From the NCBI GenBank assembly GCA_016839945.1, contig JAEOTE010000007.1, positions 1 to 64,000 on the forward strand: a stretch of 64,000 nt of DNA, in the 5' to 3' direction. The notes under the pieces are model-generated. The model saw only the letters and a list, made by a program, of their open reading frames with translations. It was not told the origin of the DNA and searched no databases. Both the position numbers and the translations under genes were made by a program. This DNA comes from Candidatus Heimdallarchaeota archaeon. GTDB taxonomy: Archaea > Asgardarchaeota > Heimdallarchaeia > Heimdallarchaeales > Heimdallarchaeaceae. Positions 18,959 to 27,525 of this stretch are shown here, in pieces (the first letter of the stretch is position 1; every line of letters starts with the position of its first letter).

Positions 18959-20353
18959 ATGTCTGAACTTTTAGAAGATGCTGTAGAAATAGAAACAAAG
19001 ACATCAAAGAAGAATGTTTTCTATTGGTCAATGTATGATTTAGCTAATACAATCTACTCGATGATAATAGTCAGTCTGATTATCAACAGATATGTTCTGG
19101 TAATCGCTCAAAAGGAACATGGTTTGTCTTATGGAGATGCAAGCTTTGTTTTTGGAACTGTAGTTGCAGTTATGCAGGTTGTTACAGCTATAGGAATGCC
19201 GATTATGGGAGCCTTAAGTGATACAGTAGGAAAAAGAAGACCTTTTGTTATCACTCTAACAGGTGTTATTTTAATTTTCTCGAGTCTCCTTGGTCTCTTC
19301 CATAATATATTTATTGTTTTGGTATTATACGTAATTGCTAATATTGCTTATCAATGGAGTCTTGCTTTCTATGATGCTATGTTACCATTTATAGCTGCTC
19401 CCAAAGATGTAGGAAAAGTTGGAGGATTTGGAGTCGCTTTTGGTTATTTGGGAACAATTATTTCATTATTAGTTATGTATCCTCTAATAATGATTTATGG
19501 TGATGTTGTTAGTAAAGCTGATTTTACTTATCAATTAAAATATGGTTACACCGGAGAATGGTGGGTTTTTGTAGTTCCAATGGCTCTTTTCCTAGTTTTT
19601 GGAATACCTATTCTATTCGTACGGGAAAGACAGAAAAAGAAAAGAACTGATGAACAACGGAAACTGTTTAAAACCACTTTCAGTGAATTAGGTAGAACCT
19701 TCCGAGATATACGAAAACACCGTGAAATGTTTATTTTTATCATAGGTTACTTCTTTGTTGTTGATGTAGCAAACGTTATAGTTGCTTATATGACACCATT
19801 AGTTACTGATGCACTTCAAATTGAAGGAGCTGGAATATCAAAAGATCTATTCGCAATTATATTCATTATTATAGCAACTGTAGCAGCTGTAGTATTCACA
19901 TATTTCATTGGAAAATTTGCAGAAAGATTTGGTGCGAAAAACGCTTTCTTCTTAGTAGGTGGCTTATGGGGAATTGCATTGCTACTAGGTATTCTAGGAA
20001 TATTTGTTTGGGCTCCGATAACAATAGGTTTTAACTTTCCATTTATTATGATGCTAGTAATGGGTTGCACTGCAGGTGTTGCATTAGGAGGAACTTGGAC
20101 AGCTCAAAGAGTAATGGTTGTAGAACTAGCTCCGAAAGAGAAATTCGGTGAGTACTTTGGTTTTTCCAAATTAAGTGGTAAAGTTTCATCAGCTTTAGGT
20201 CCTCTCATCTTTGGTGCAGTTTTAAAAGGTCTTGTTCCAACTATAGATTTCAAAGCATACGGAGTTGCAATGGCCGTTGTCGCAGGAATTATGGCTATAG
20301 GATTAGGAATAATTGCCTTTGTAAGACCTGAGAAATCAGCTAAAAACTATTAA
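18959..20353 (+). CDS. MFS transporter (UMF1/Atg22-like)
   Basis: WSMYDLAN, GALSD, FYDAMLP, GEYFGF. Confidence 0.88.
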   Translation: MSELLEDAVEIETKTSKKNVFYWSMYDLANTIYSMIIVSLIINRYVLVIAQKEHGLSYGDASFVFGTVVAVMQVVTAIGMPIMGALSDTVGKRRPFVITLTGVILIFSSLLGLFHNIFIVLVLYVIANIAYQWSLAFYDAMLPFIAAPKDVGKVGGFGVAFGYLGTIISLLVMYPLIMIYGDVVSKADFTYQLKYGYTGEWWVFVVPMALFLVFGIPILFVRERQKKKRTDEQRKLFKTTFSELGRTFRDIRKHREMFIFIIGYFFVVDVANVIVAYMTPLVTDALQIEGAGISKDLFAIIFIIIATVAAVVFTYFIGKFAERFGAKNAFFLVGGLWGIALLLGILGIFVWAPITIGFNFPFIMMLVMGCTAGVALGGTWTAQRVMVVELAPKEKFGEYFGFSKLSGKVSSALGPLIFGAVLKGLVPTIDFKAYGVAMAVVAGIMAIGLGIIAFVRPEKSAKNY

Positions 20354-20384
20354 TTTTTCTTTTTCCTTTTTTCCTTTTTTCTTT
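20354..20384 (+). terminator. Oligo-T/pyrimidine archaeal terminator
   Basis: Several T5-T7 runs directly after the MFS stop codon. Confidence 0.55.
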
Positions 20385-20429
20385 AAAATACCAACAATAA
20401 CAGTTTTAATTTCTCTTTCTTTACAGTTA

Positions 20430-21323
20430 TTGATGTTAGAAAAAGAAAAAGTTCCCAAAGATGTTCTAGATCATATCTTTAAACTAATTATTGGTAGAAG
20501 AACAGAGCTTAAATTAATGATTAGAGCGGTTGAAAAGGGATTACCTATCATTATAGAAGGACCTGTGGGAACAGGAAAAACAGAAATGGCGAAAGTATTA
20601 GCTAGTAGTTTAGATAGACTGTTTGTTCGAGTGGATGGAGATGATAGTCTTACCTCAATTAAACTAAAAGGATGGTATGATCCTCCGCTTGTACTGGAAA
20701 GAGGATTTTCTCGAGAAACTTTCATTTCTGGACCTTTAACACAAGCCATGGAAGAAGGAGGTATATTTTTTTATAACGAAGTAAACAGAGCTCCTTCAGA
20801 AACAATAAATGCAGTATTAACAGCTTTGGATGAAAAACTAATTACAATTCCTCAACTTGGTGAAATTCAAGCAAAACCTGGATTCTTATCCATTTTCACA
20901 TATAATCCTCAAGATACTGTTGCTACCAATCCCTTACCTATGGCTTTTTATGATAGATGTATTTGGGTTTACGTTTCTCATCAGAATTTAGAAGAGATGA
21001 TAGATATAGTAAAACTTAGAACAGATAGTGATGATGAACTTCTGATTAAGATTTCTTGCGAAATTGTTCAAGCAACATTAAATCATCCTGAGCTTGAAAT
21101 GGGTTCAACGGTTAGAGGAGCCATCCAATTAGTTGAATTACACAAATCTGAAGAAACAATAGAGGAAGAATCTTTACTAGATAAAGTTATTGCAGTTCAT
21201 TCAAGAAAAATACGATGTAAAACTACTAGTAAGAAAACAGAATCAGAAATACTAGAAGAAATTGTATCCAAAATTCTTTCTAACTACGAAGAGGATAAAA
21301 TAATACGAAAAAAAGAGCAGTAG
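20430..21323 (+). CDS. MoxR-family AAA+ ATPase
   Basis: Walker A EGPVGTGKT, Walker B region FYNEVNR, NAVLTALDE, YDRC, TVRGAI. Confidence 0.9.
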   Translation: MMLEKEKVPKDVLDHIFKLIIGRRTELKLMIRAVEKGLPIIIEGPVGTGKTEMAKVLASSLDRLFVRVDGDDSLTSIKLKGWYDPPLVLERGFSRETFISGPLTQAMEEGGIFFYNEVNRAPSETINAVLTALDEKLITIPQLGEIQAKPGFLSIFTYNPQDTVATNPLPMAFYDRCIWVYVSHQNLEEMIDIVKLRTDSDDELLIKISCEIVQATLNHPELEMGSTVRGAIQLVELHKSEETIEEESLLDKVIAVHSRKIRCKTTSKKTESEILEEIVSKILSNYEEDKIIRKKEQ

Positions 21324-21366
21324 GTGACCTTGCAACCACAATTGTAAGGGATGAACCGTTCCCTTC
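21288..21366 (+). promoter_or_regulatory. Putative -1 programmed frameshift signal (SD-like GAGGA, A AAA AAA, downstream hairpins)
   Basis: A7 at 21308-21314 in X XXY YYZ phase; -1 frame open from 21299 into the vWA ORF. Confidence 0.6.
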
Positions 21367-21439
21367 TATCCCAGCTCAACAGACAAGTAGGTTACTTATT
21401 AATGAGATTCATTTAGAATTAGGTAAGAAGCAAGAAGAT

Positions 21440-22348
21440 ATGTCCAGGATTTTAGAACTTGCTGAACAAGCAGCTGATGAGGATAATCTTGAAGGACTTC
21501 GTTTAATAGCTACCAATTATCCAATTATTGTTGCTCAAATGCTAAACAAGATGGAGTTAACAGATATAATTCTGGATCAGCTTCAAGGAGAGGAACTAAC
21601 TCTTCTATATTCTAGAACTAAGAAGCATTTAGATTTTCAGATTAGAAAAAAAATGTTAGATAAGTTAATTCCATTTATTACGAAAAAAGCAAAGACAATT
21701 TACAGAAGAGGTGTATCAGCTTCAGTTAAGAGATATGTAAATTATGAACCAGGGGATTCTTGGGAAATAGAGATGACAATAGAAAAGATGCTTAGTAATG
21801 GGAAAACTATTCCTGATTATGATAGTATAGTTGTTAAAGAACCTTCTAAAAGAAAAAGAAGTTTAGTTATTTGTATTGATAAGAGTTTGAGTGTTCTGCA
21901 ATTAATCCATCAAATCGTATTAATGGCATCAGTTCTATCTCTTTCAGTAAAGAAAGATAATTTTGCGATTATCGATTTTGATTCTACTGCTCAGATTCTA
22001 AAAGAGATGAATACAACAATTCATCCTGAATCAATAGTTGAACTTATTCTGAATATTGAGAGTAGTGGGAAAACTAATCTTGAGGAGGCTCTTTCTCTTG
22101 CGCACAAGCAACTCTCAAAGTGTGTTTCAAAAGAGAAAATAGTTTATTTGATAAGTGATTTAGAAAGGACAGTTGGTAAAAATCCAATTCCCGTAATAAG
22201 TCGAATTCCAGATTTAAGAGTTATCTACGCTCGAACTTATCGAAGAGTTGCATTTGTAGATGAAGTAATTTCACTAAATAATGTCTCAATGAGTGAGTTA
22301 AATCAGAATAGCGATCTTATTGATTTGACTTCAAGACTGATCAGTTAG
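21440..22348 (+). CDS. vWA-domain protein (MoxR partner, CoxE-like); frame open upstream to 21299
   Basis: MIDAS ICIDKSLS, GKTNL, LISD. Confidence 0.85.
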   Translation: MSRILELAEQAADEDNLEGLRLIATNYPIIVAQMLNKMELTDIILDQLQGEELTLLYSRTKKHLDFQIRKKMLDKLIPFITKKAKTIYRRGVSASVKRYVNYEPGDSWEIEMTIEKMLSNGKTIPDYDSIVVKEPSKRKRSLVICIDKSLSVLQLIHQIVLMASVLSLSVKKDNFAIIDFDSTAQILKEMNTTIHPESIVELILNIESSGKTNLEEALSLAHKQLSKCVSKEKIVYLISDLERTVGKNPIPVISRIPDLRVIYARTYRRVAFVDEVISLNNVSMSELNQNSDLIDLTSRLIS

Positions 22349-23702
22349 TTTTCTTTTGAATTTCCTTTATAATTTTATTATCACTTTTTGTAAAAAGAAG
22401 TTGATCCAAAAGTATTATCACAACACCTAAGCCTACTAGAATATATCCTTCAATTTGAGCTTGTTTTCTTTCAATCAAGTATTTTATTTCAATGGTAGCT
22501 TCATAGAAAAACGATTGAGTTGTATTCCATTCATCCACCAAGGTTATTAGATATAAATTGATTTCAGTTTGGGTTTCATTTATTTGAACTGTATATCCAT
22601 CAGAATTTTGATTCCCTATTAACCTCTTTGAATACAAACTTGATTGTTTCATTTTAGCAACTTGATTATCATATTCCGTAATTAATTGTGAAAATGTTAT
22701 GTTTCCATCATAGAAATTTAGAGTCAGATTATCAAATGAAGTAAAGAAATTGGAAAAGGTTACATTATTAGTAAGAACAATCGATGAATTATATGGAACA
22801 GTACCCGTTTCGCACTGGAAGAAAACCTCTGTTTGAGTATGTGGCTTATTTACGAAAGAGATTCCTAACGTTGGATCAAAATAAGTTAAAGTATTGATGT
22901 AATCTGAAGAAACCGAGTAAGTTATCAATCTCGTTCTTCCTATTGATGGGCCAAGTAAAATTCCTAGTACAATTATGAAATAAGCAAAAATACTGAAACT
23001 TCTCTTAGCTCTCCTCCATATATGTGAGATTGTTGTTTTTACTTTCTTCTCTTCTTTTTCCTCTCTTTTTTTCTTTCTTCTAAATGCAGGAGCTAGGATA
23101 ACAATTATCCAAACAAGAACAATCAAAATATGCACAGTTATTTGTTCAAGATAAAGATCAATGAATTCTCCATAGAGTGCTTCTCTTTCTTGTTGAGAAA
23201 GATTTGTTATAAATATACCATGACCTTCAGTTGGGGAATAAATCGTCCAGTCAGGTATTATTCCAACTAATGATAAGGGGAAGAATAACCAAGGTTGGTT
23301 ACTGAATCTTAGATAGACTGTCAAATCATATAAGTTTGGATCTAAAGGCCAGAAAAGAAGAACTGCACCCCAACTTAGGTCAAGAATAATATGTAGGATC
23401 CACATAATTGAAACTAATTTAAAGAAACGAGTAGTCTTTTGTCCTGTTGTTTCAATTGGTCCTTCATCTTTATTGAACCTTCCAATAATCATGAAACATA
23501 GTAGAGTGAACGTTGGAATTATTATGCTGTGAGTGTAAGAACGATGATAACCAAAGAAAATGTCTAAATCTGGGAGAGTTGCAAAGAGGTTAATTAGAAT
23601 AAATTCCCACCTATGTTTCTTATAATATGCTTTATCATTTTTTGAAAGTAATAACCACACAGTTAATCCTTGTAATGCTAGATGAGTAGTTGTGTAGGTC
23701 AT
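22341..23702 (-). CDS. Membrane-bound metal-dependent hydrolase (YdjM-like) with C-terminal ectodomain
   Basis: TH, LPDLD, HRSYTHS, HIILD motifs; additional soluble domain between TM segments. Confidence 0.75.
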   Translation of the reverse strand: MTYTTTHLALQGLTVWLLLSKNDKAYYKKHRWEFILINLFATLPDLDIFFGYHRSYTHSIIIPTFTLLCFMIIGRFNKDEGPIETTGQKTTRFFKLVSIMWILHIILDLSWGAVLLFWPLDPNLYDLTVYLRFSNQPWLFFPLSLVGIIPDWTIYSPTEGHGIFITNLSQQEREALYGEFIDLYLEQITVHILIVLVWIIVILAPAFRRKKKREEKEEKKVKTTISHIWRRAKRSFSIFAYFIIVLGILLGPSIGRTRLITYSVSSDYINTLTYFDPTLGISFVNKPHTQTEVFFQCETGTVPYNSSIVLTNNVTFSNFFTSFDNLTLNFYDGNITFSQLITEYDNQVAKMKQSSLYSKRLIGNQNSDGYTVQINETQTEINLYLITLVDEWNTTQSFFYEATIEIKYLIERKQAQIEGYILVGLGVVIILLDQLLFTKSDNKIIKEIQKKTN

Positions 23703-23862
23703 TTTCTTCTCTAACTTTTAATTCTTTACTTAAAAATACTTTTGCTTAATTTATTATGTACTTTTTATAGTAATTTTTCTATTTATCTATTGAAAACTTA
23801 ATGTAAGTAAGATTTATTAGCTATATCAAAATTGAGTAGCTATAGTAGTAAGGTAGAAGCTT

Positions 23863-26800
23863 ATGGCCATTGAAGATGTACCTCTCCATCCAAAGGATAG
23901 TTTTAAAGATTTCATCCTTGATTATCAAGATATAGATGGAAAACATATCTACTCTGATCAAATCAGTAAAATGACTATTGAAGGTTTAACTTCTTTTTTT
24001 ATTAACTATGAGGATGTTGTGGGTCACGATCCTAAATTAGCGGAAGACTTATTGAAAAATCCGGAAGATTTCTTAGAAGCTGCAAATTTTGCACTTGAAG
24101 AAGTACTGCTTGCCATAGAAGCAGATTTTGTTGAAGCTAAGAAAAAAGATGGAGAAGAATTTCGGATTCGTTTTTCAAATACTCCAGAGCAAGTAGATTT
24201 ACGACACTTAAGGTCCATTCATATGGGAAAATTTGTTTCAATAGAGGGAATTATCATTCGTCAAAGTGTTGTAAAACCTCTTCTTGTTAAAGGTGTTTTC
24301 CAGTGTGATAGCTGCAAAACAGAGATTTTTCCAATTACACAAGAAGGAGGAGTATACAAAGAACCTAGAAAATGCACTAATCCAAATTGTGGAAAAAAAG
24401 GTCCTTTTAAACTTGTACCTGAGAATTCTTCTTTTACAGATTTTCAAACTGTAACCCTACAGGAACGTCCTGAAACACTTCCTCCAGGACAAATTCCACG
24501 TTCAGTTCCAGCAAGATTAATTGGTGATACAGTTGATACAGTAAGAGCTGGTGACAGGGCAGTTGCGGCTGGAATTTTACGAATGAGAGCACCACCAAAA
24601 GGACGAAAAGCAGGAACTGCAATTTTCGATCCATGGTTGGATGTTAATTTTATATCTTCCCGAGAAAAAGAATTTGAAGAAATTGAAATAGATCCTGAGA
24701 CTGAACAACAGATACTTAATTTATCTCAAGATTTGAACATTCATAGGAGAATAATTCGTTCCATTGCTCCTTCAATTTATGGGATGGAAATAATTAAAGA
24801 AGCTTTAGCGACTGTGCTTTTTGGAGGAGTATCAAGACTTGCTCCTGATGGTATGAAACAAAGAGGAGATTCTAATCTTCTTCTAGTTGGAGATCCTGGC
24901 GTTGCTAAATCACAGTTGCTTCAATATGTTCATAGATTAGCTCCAAGGGGTTTGTTAACTTCAGGAAAAGCAAGTTCTGCAGCAGGTTTAACAGCTGCTG
25001 TAATAAGAGATCCCGATACTGGTGAGTTCGGTCTTGAAGCAGGAGCTCTTGTACTTGCTGATAGAGGAATCTGTGCAATTGATGAATTTGACAAAATGAA
25101 TCCAGTGGATAGATCATCAATACATGAAGCGATGGAACAACAATCTTATCACCCAAGTTTAGAGATTTCATTCTTAGATGGACACAAACATCAAATTGGT
25201 AATTTCGTTGATGGTCTATTCGATGAGTATAAAGAACACATAATCAATGGAAAAGATTGTGAGATATTACCTTTAAACGGTTTAGATTACCAAGTTCTTA
25301 CAACTAATTTTCAAAAAATCTACACCACTACAGTTAATAGAGTGAGTCGTCATTTAGCACCAGATCATTTTGTTAAGATCACTTATTCAAATGGCAGAGA
25401 AATCCTAGTTACACCAGAACATCCAGTATTTATTATGAAAAATGGAAAAATAGAGACTATAGAAGCAGAAAAAGTAACTGTAGATACTTTTGTTCCAGGA
25501 GTTCGATATTTAGACAACAAAAATAGCACATCATTAATTACTGATTTTGATGCTGGAAGGAAGAACATTACACTACCAGATACAATTACAGAGGATTTGG
25601 CGAAATTCTTAGGATATTACATAACAGAGGGATACTCCTACAAAGGATCTTCTTTAGAAGTTGGATTAAGCAATACTGACCCAGAGATAATAGAAGATAT
25701 GATTGATAGTATAAGAAATACATTCAATACTGAACCAATTGATTACGTCGAACAAAACAGAACCATTCGTATTATATCATCTGATGTTTATAACTATTTG
25801 AAAGAAAATTTTCCTAAGATGATGGTTAAAAGCTATGAAAAGAGAATTGACAAGAAAGTGTTCTGTATAGAGGAAAACAAAAGGACTGAATTCCTCCGAG
25901 CAGCTTTCAAGGGTGATGGATCAATAGAAAGTACCTCAATTTCATATTCTACTTCCTCAAAAGGTTTAGCTCATGATTATCAAGATCTATTGCTTACTTT
26001 AGGAGTAAACTCAAGATTATTCAGTGAAGAATATTCTTTTGGCAAGGAAAAAGAACAGAGGAGAGTAAGATATAAGGTCTACATAACAGGAGATAGTATA
26101 ACCAAATTCTCTTCTATGATTTTCGAAAAACCTGAGGTGATTCCTAAACTTATGAAATTGATAACAAAGAGTAAAAGATCAAATAGAAAACATGATGTTT
26201 TACCTCCAGATGTTGCACATCTTATAATTGATTCTCTTCATAGCTTAGGATTGAGTTACGATGGTTATTTCTATCAACATCTAAAGAACAAGTATGGAAT
26301 AACAACTGATGTTATTAACAAATACTATAACAAAATTACTAGCAGATATTACAGTCTTCAAGATAAAATCAGTAAAATAAAATCCCCAAAAGAACTCAGA
26401 GAACTTTCAAGGTACTCAGCTAGTAAAATGGCTAGATTAGTTGGAATTTCTAGATATACACTGTCAAAGTACGAAAAGAATGAGAAGAAAGAACTGCTAT
26501 CTTTATACCAAAACACATTAGAAAGACAATTAGATCAAGTAAGAAAAAACTTAGTTGAAATTGATCATCTGAGAGAATTTAGATGGTTGAGAATCAAAAA
26601 AACAGAATTAGTTGAAAATAAAGGAGAATTAAAAACAAAGTGGGTTTATGATGTTACAATAGAACCTACTGAGAATTTTATCAGTCATGGTATTGTTCTC
26701 CACAACACTGTAAGTATAGCAAAAGCTGGTATTGTAGCTCAATTGAATGCTAGAACAGCTGTTATAGCAGCAGCTAATCCTCGTTTCGGTAGATATGAGG

Positions 26801-27507
26801 TTACAAGACCTCCAATAGAGAACATAAACTTACCTGCAACTATTCTATCAAGATTTGATCTTATCTTTGTAATAAGAGATGAACCTGATGTTGAAATTGA
26901 TCGAAAAATGGCTCGTCATATTCTTGAACTTAGAAGAGGTCATATTATTGAGGAAGCTGAACCTACAATAGAAATGGAACTATTAAGAAAGTATATTAGT
27001 TACTCAAAACAGCATATTCAACCCTCTTTAACTGATGAAGCAATGGAAAAAATTGAAGAATATTATTTGGATTTGCGAAAAGTACATGATGAATCAGCAG
27101 CTATAGCTATTACTCCAAGATACTTAGAAGCTATTGTGCGTTTGTCTGAATCTCAAGCTAGGATGGCACTAAAGGAAGAAGTAACTATTGATCATGTTGA
27201 AGCAGCTATAGAATTACTTGATGCTTCATTAAAACAAGTTAGTACTGATCCACTTACAGGAAGAGTAGATATTGATTACTTGTTATCAGGAACACCTAAA
27301 AGTGTGCGTTCAAAATTCGATAAGGTTCTTGACATAATCAGAGATGAAATAAATAAATCTAGTTCTGGTAAAGTAGCTATCGATAAAGTGAAGGAGATTG
27401 CTAGAGATTTAGATATAGACGCGGAATTTGTGGATAGGGCTATTACTTCTCTTCGAAGTGATGGAATCATCTTTGAACCCACAAAAGGTTTTATCAAAAT
27501 GCCGTAA
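23863..27507 (+). CDS. mcm: Replicative MCM helicase, intein-containing (693-aa mature protein)
   Basis: Zn motif CDSC/CTNPNC, GDPGVAKSQ, IDEFDKM, HEAMEQQ|TVSIAKAG, SRFD, C-terminal wHTH. Confidence 0.97.
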   Translation: MAIEDVPLHPKDSFKDFILDYQDIDGKHIYSDQISKMTIEGLTSFFINYEDVVGHDPKLAEDLLKNPEDFLEAANFALEEVLLAIEADFVEAKKKDGEEFRIRFSNTPEQVDLRHLRSIHMGKFVSIEGIIIRQSVVKPLLVKGVFQCDSCKTEIFPITQEGGVYKEPRKCTNPNCGKKGPFKLVPENSSFTDFQTVTLQERPETLPPGQIPRSVPARLIGDTVDTVRAGDRAVAAGILRMRAPPKGRKAGTAIFDPWLDVNFISSREKEFEEIEIDPETEQQILNLSQDLNIHRRIIRSIAPSIYGMEIIKEALATVLFGGVSRLAPDGMKQRGDSNLLLVGDPGVAKSQLLQYVHRLAPRGLLTSGKASSAAGLTAAVIRDPDTGEFGLEAGALVLADRGICAIDEFDKMNPVDRSSIHEAMEQQSYHPSLEISFLDGHKHQIGNFVDGLFDEYKEHIINGKDCEILPLNGLDYQVLTTNFQKIYTTTVNRVSRHLAPDHFVKITYSNGREILVTPEHPVFIMKNGKIETIEAEKVTVDTFVPGVRYLDNKNSTSLITDFDAGRKNITLPDTITEDLAKFLGYYITEGYSYKGSSLEVGLSNTDPEIIEDMIDSIRNTFNTEPIDYVEQNRTIRIISSDVYNYLKENFPKMMVKSYEKRIDKKVFCIEENKRTEFLRAAFKGDGSIESTSISYSTSSKGLAHDYQDLLLTLGVNSRLFSEEYSFGKEKEQRRVRYKVYITGDSITKFSSMIFEKPEVIPKLMKLITKSKRSNRKHDVLPPDVAHLIIDSLHSLGLSYDGYFYQHLKNKYGITTDVINKYYNKITSRYYSLQDKISKIKSPKELRELSRYSASKMARLVGISRYTLSKYEKNEKKELLSLYQNTLERQLDQVRKNLVEIDHLREFRWLRIKKTELVENKGELKTKWVYDVTIEPTENFISHGIVLHNTVSIAKAGIVAQLNARTAVIAAANPRFGRYEVTRPPIENINLPATILSRFDLIFVIRDEPDVEIDRKMARHILELRRGHIIEEAEPTIEMELLRKYISYSKQHIQPSLTDEAMEKIEEYYLDLRKVHDESAAIAITPRYLEAIVRLSESQARMALKEEVTIDHVEAAIELLDASLKQVSTDPLTGRVDIDYLLSGTPKSVRSKFDKVLDIIRDEINKSSSGKVAIDKVKEIARDLDIDAEFVDRAITSLRSDGIIFEPTKGFIKMP
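25144..26706 (+). mobile_element. Intein (521 aa) with LAGLIDADG homing endonuclease in MCM
   Basis: Starts SYHP after EQQ; block B VTPEHP; LGYYITEG and LRAAFKGDG; WVYDVT; ends LHN before Thr+1. Confidence 0.93.
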
Positions 27508-27525
27508 TTATAACGTTGATGTCTA

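Noticed and set aside
21323-21346. GGTGA SD-like site as an independent start for the vWA gene
   Set aside because: The following GTG/TTG codons are in the AAA frame and stop at TAA 21345-21347; no start codon in the vWA frame at normal spacing
23703-23862. AT-rich gap upstream of mcm as a replication origin
   Set aside because: No ORB-like repeats or cdc6/orc1; explained by divergent promoters
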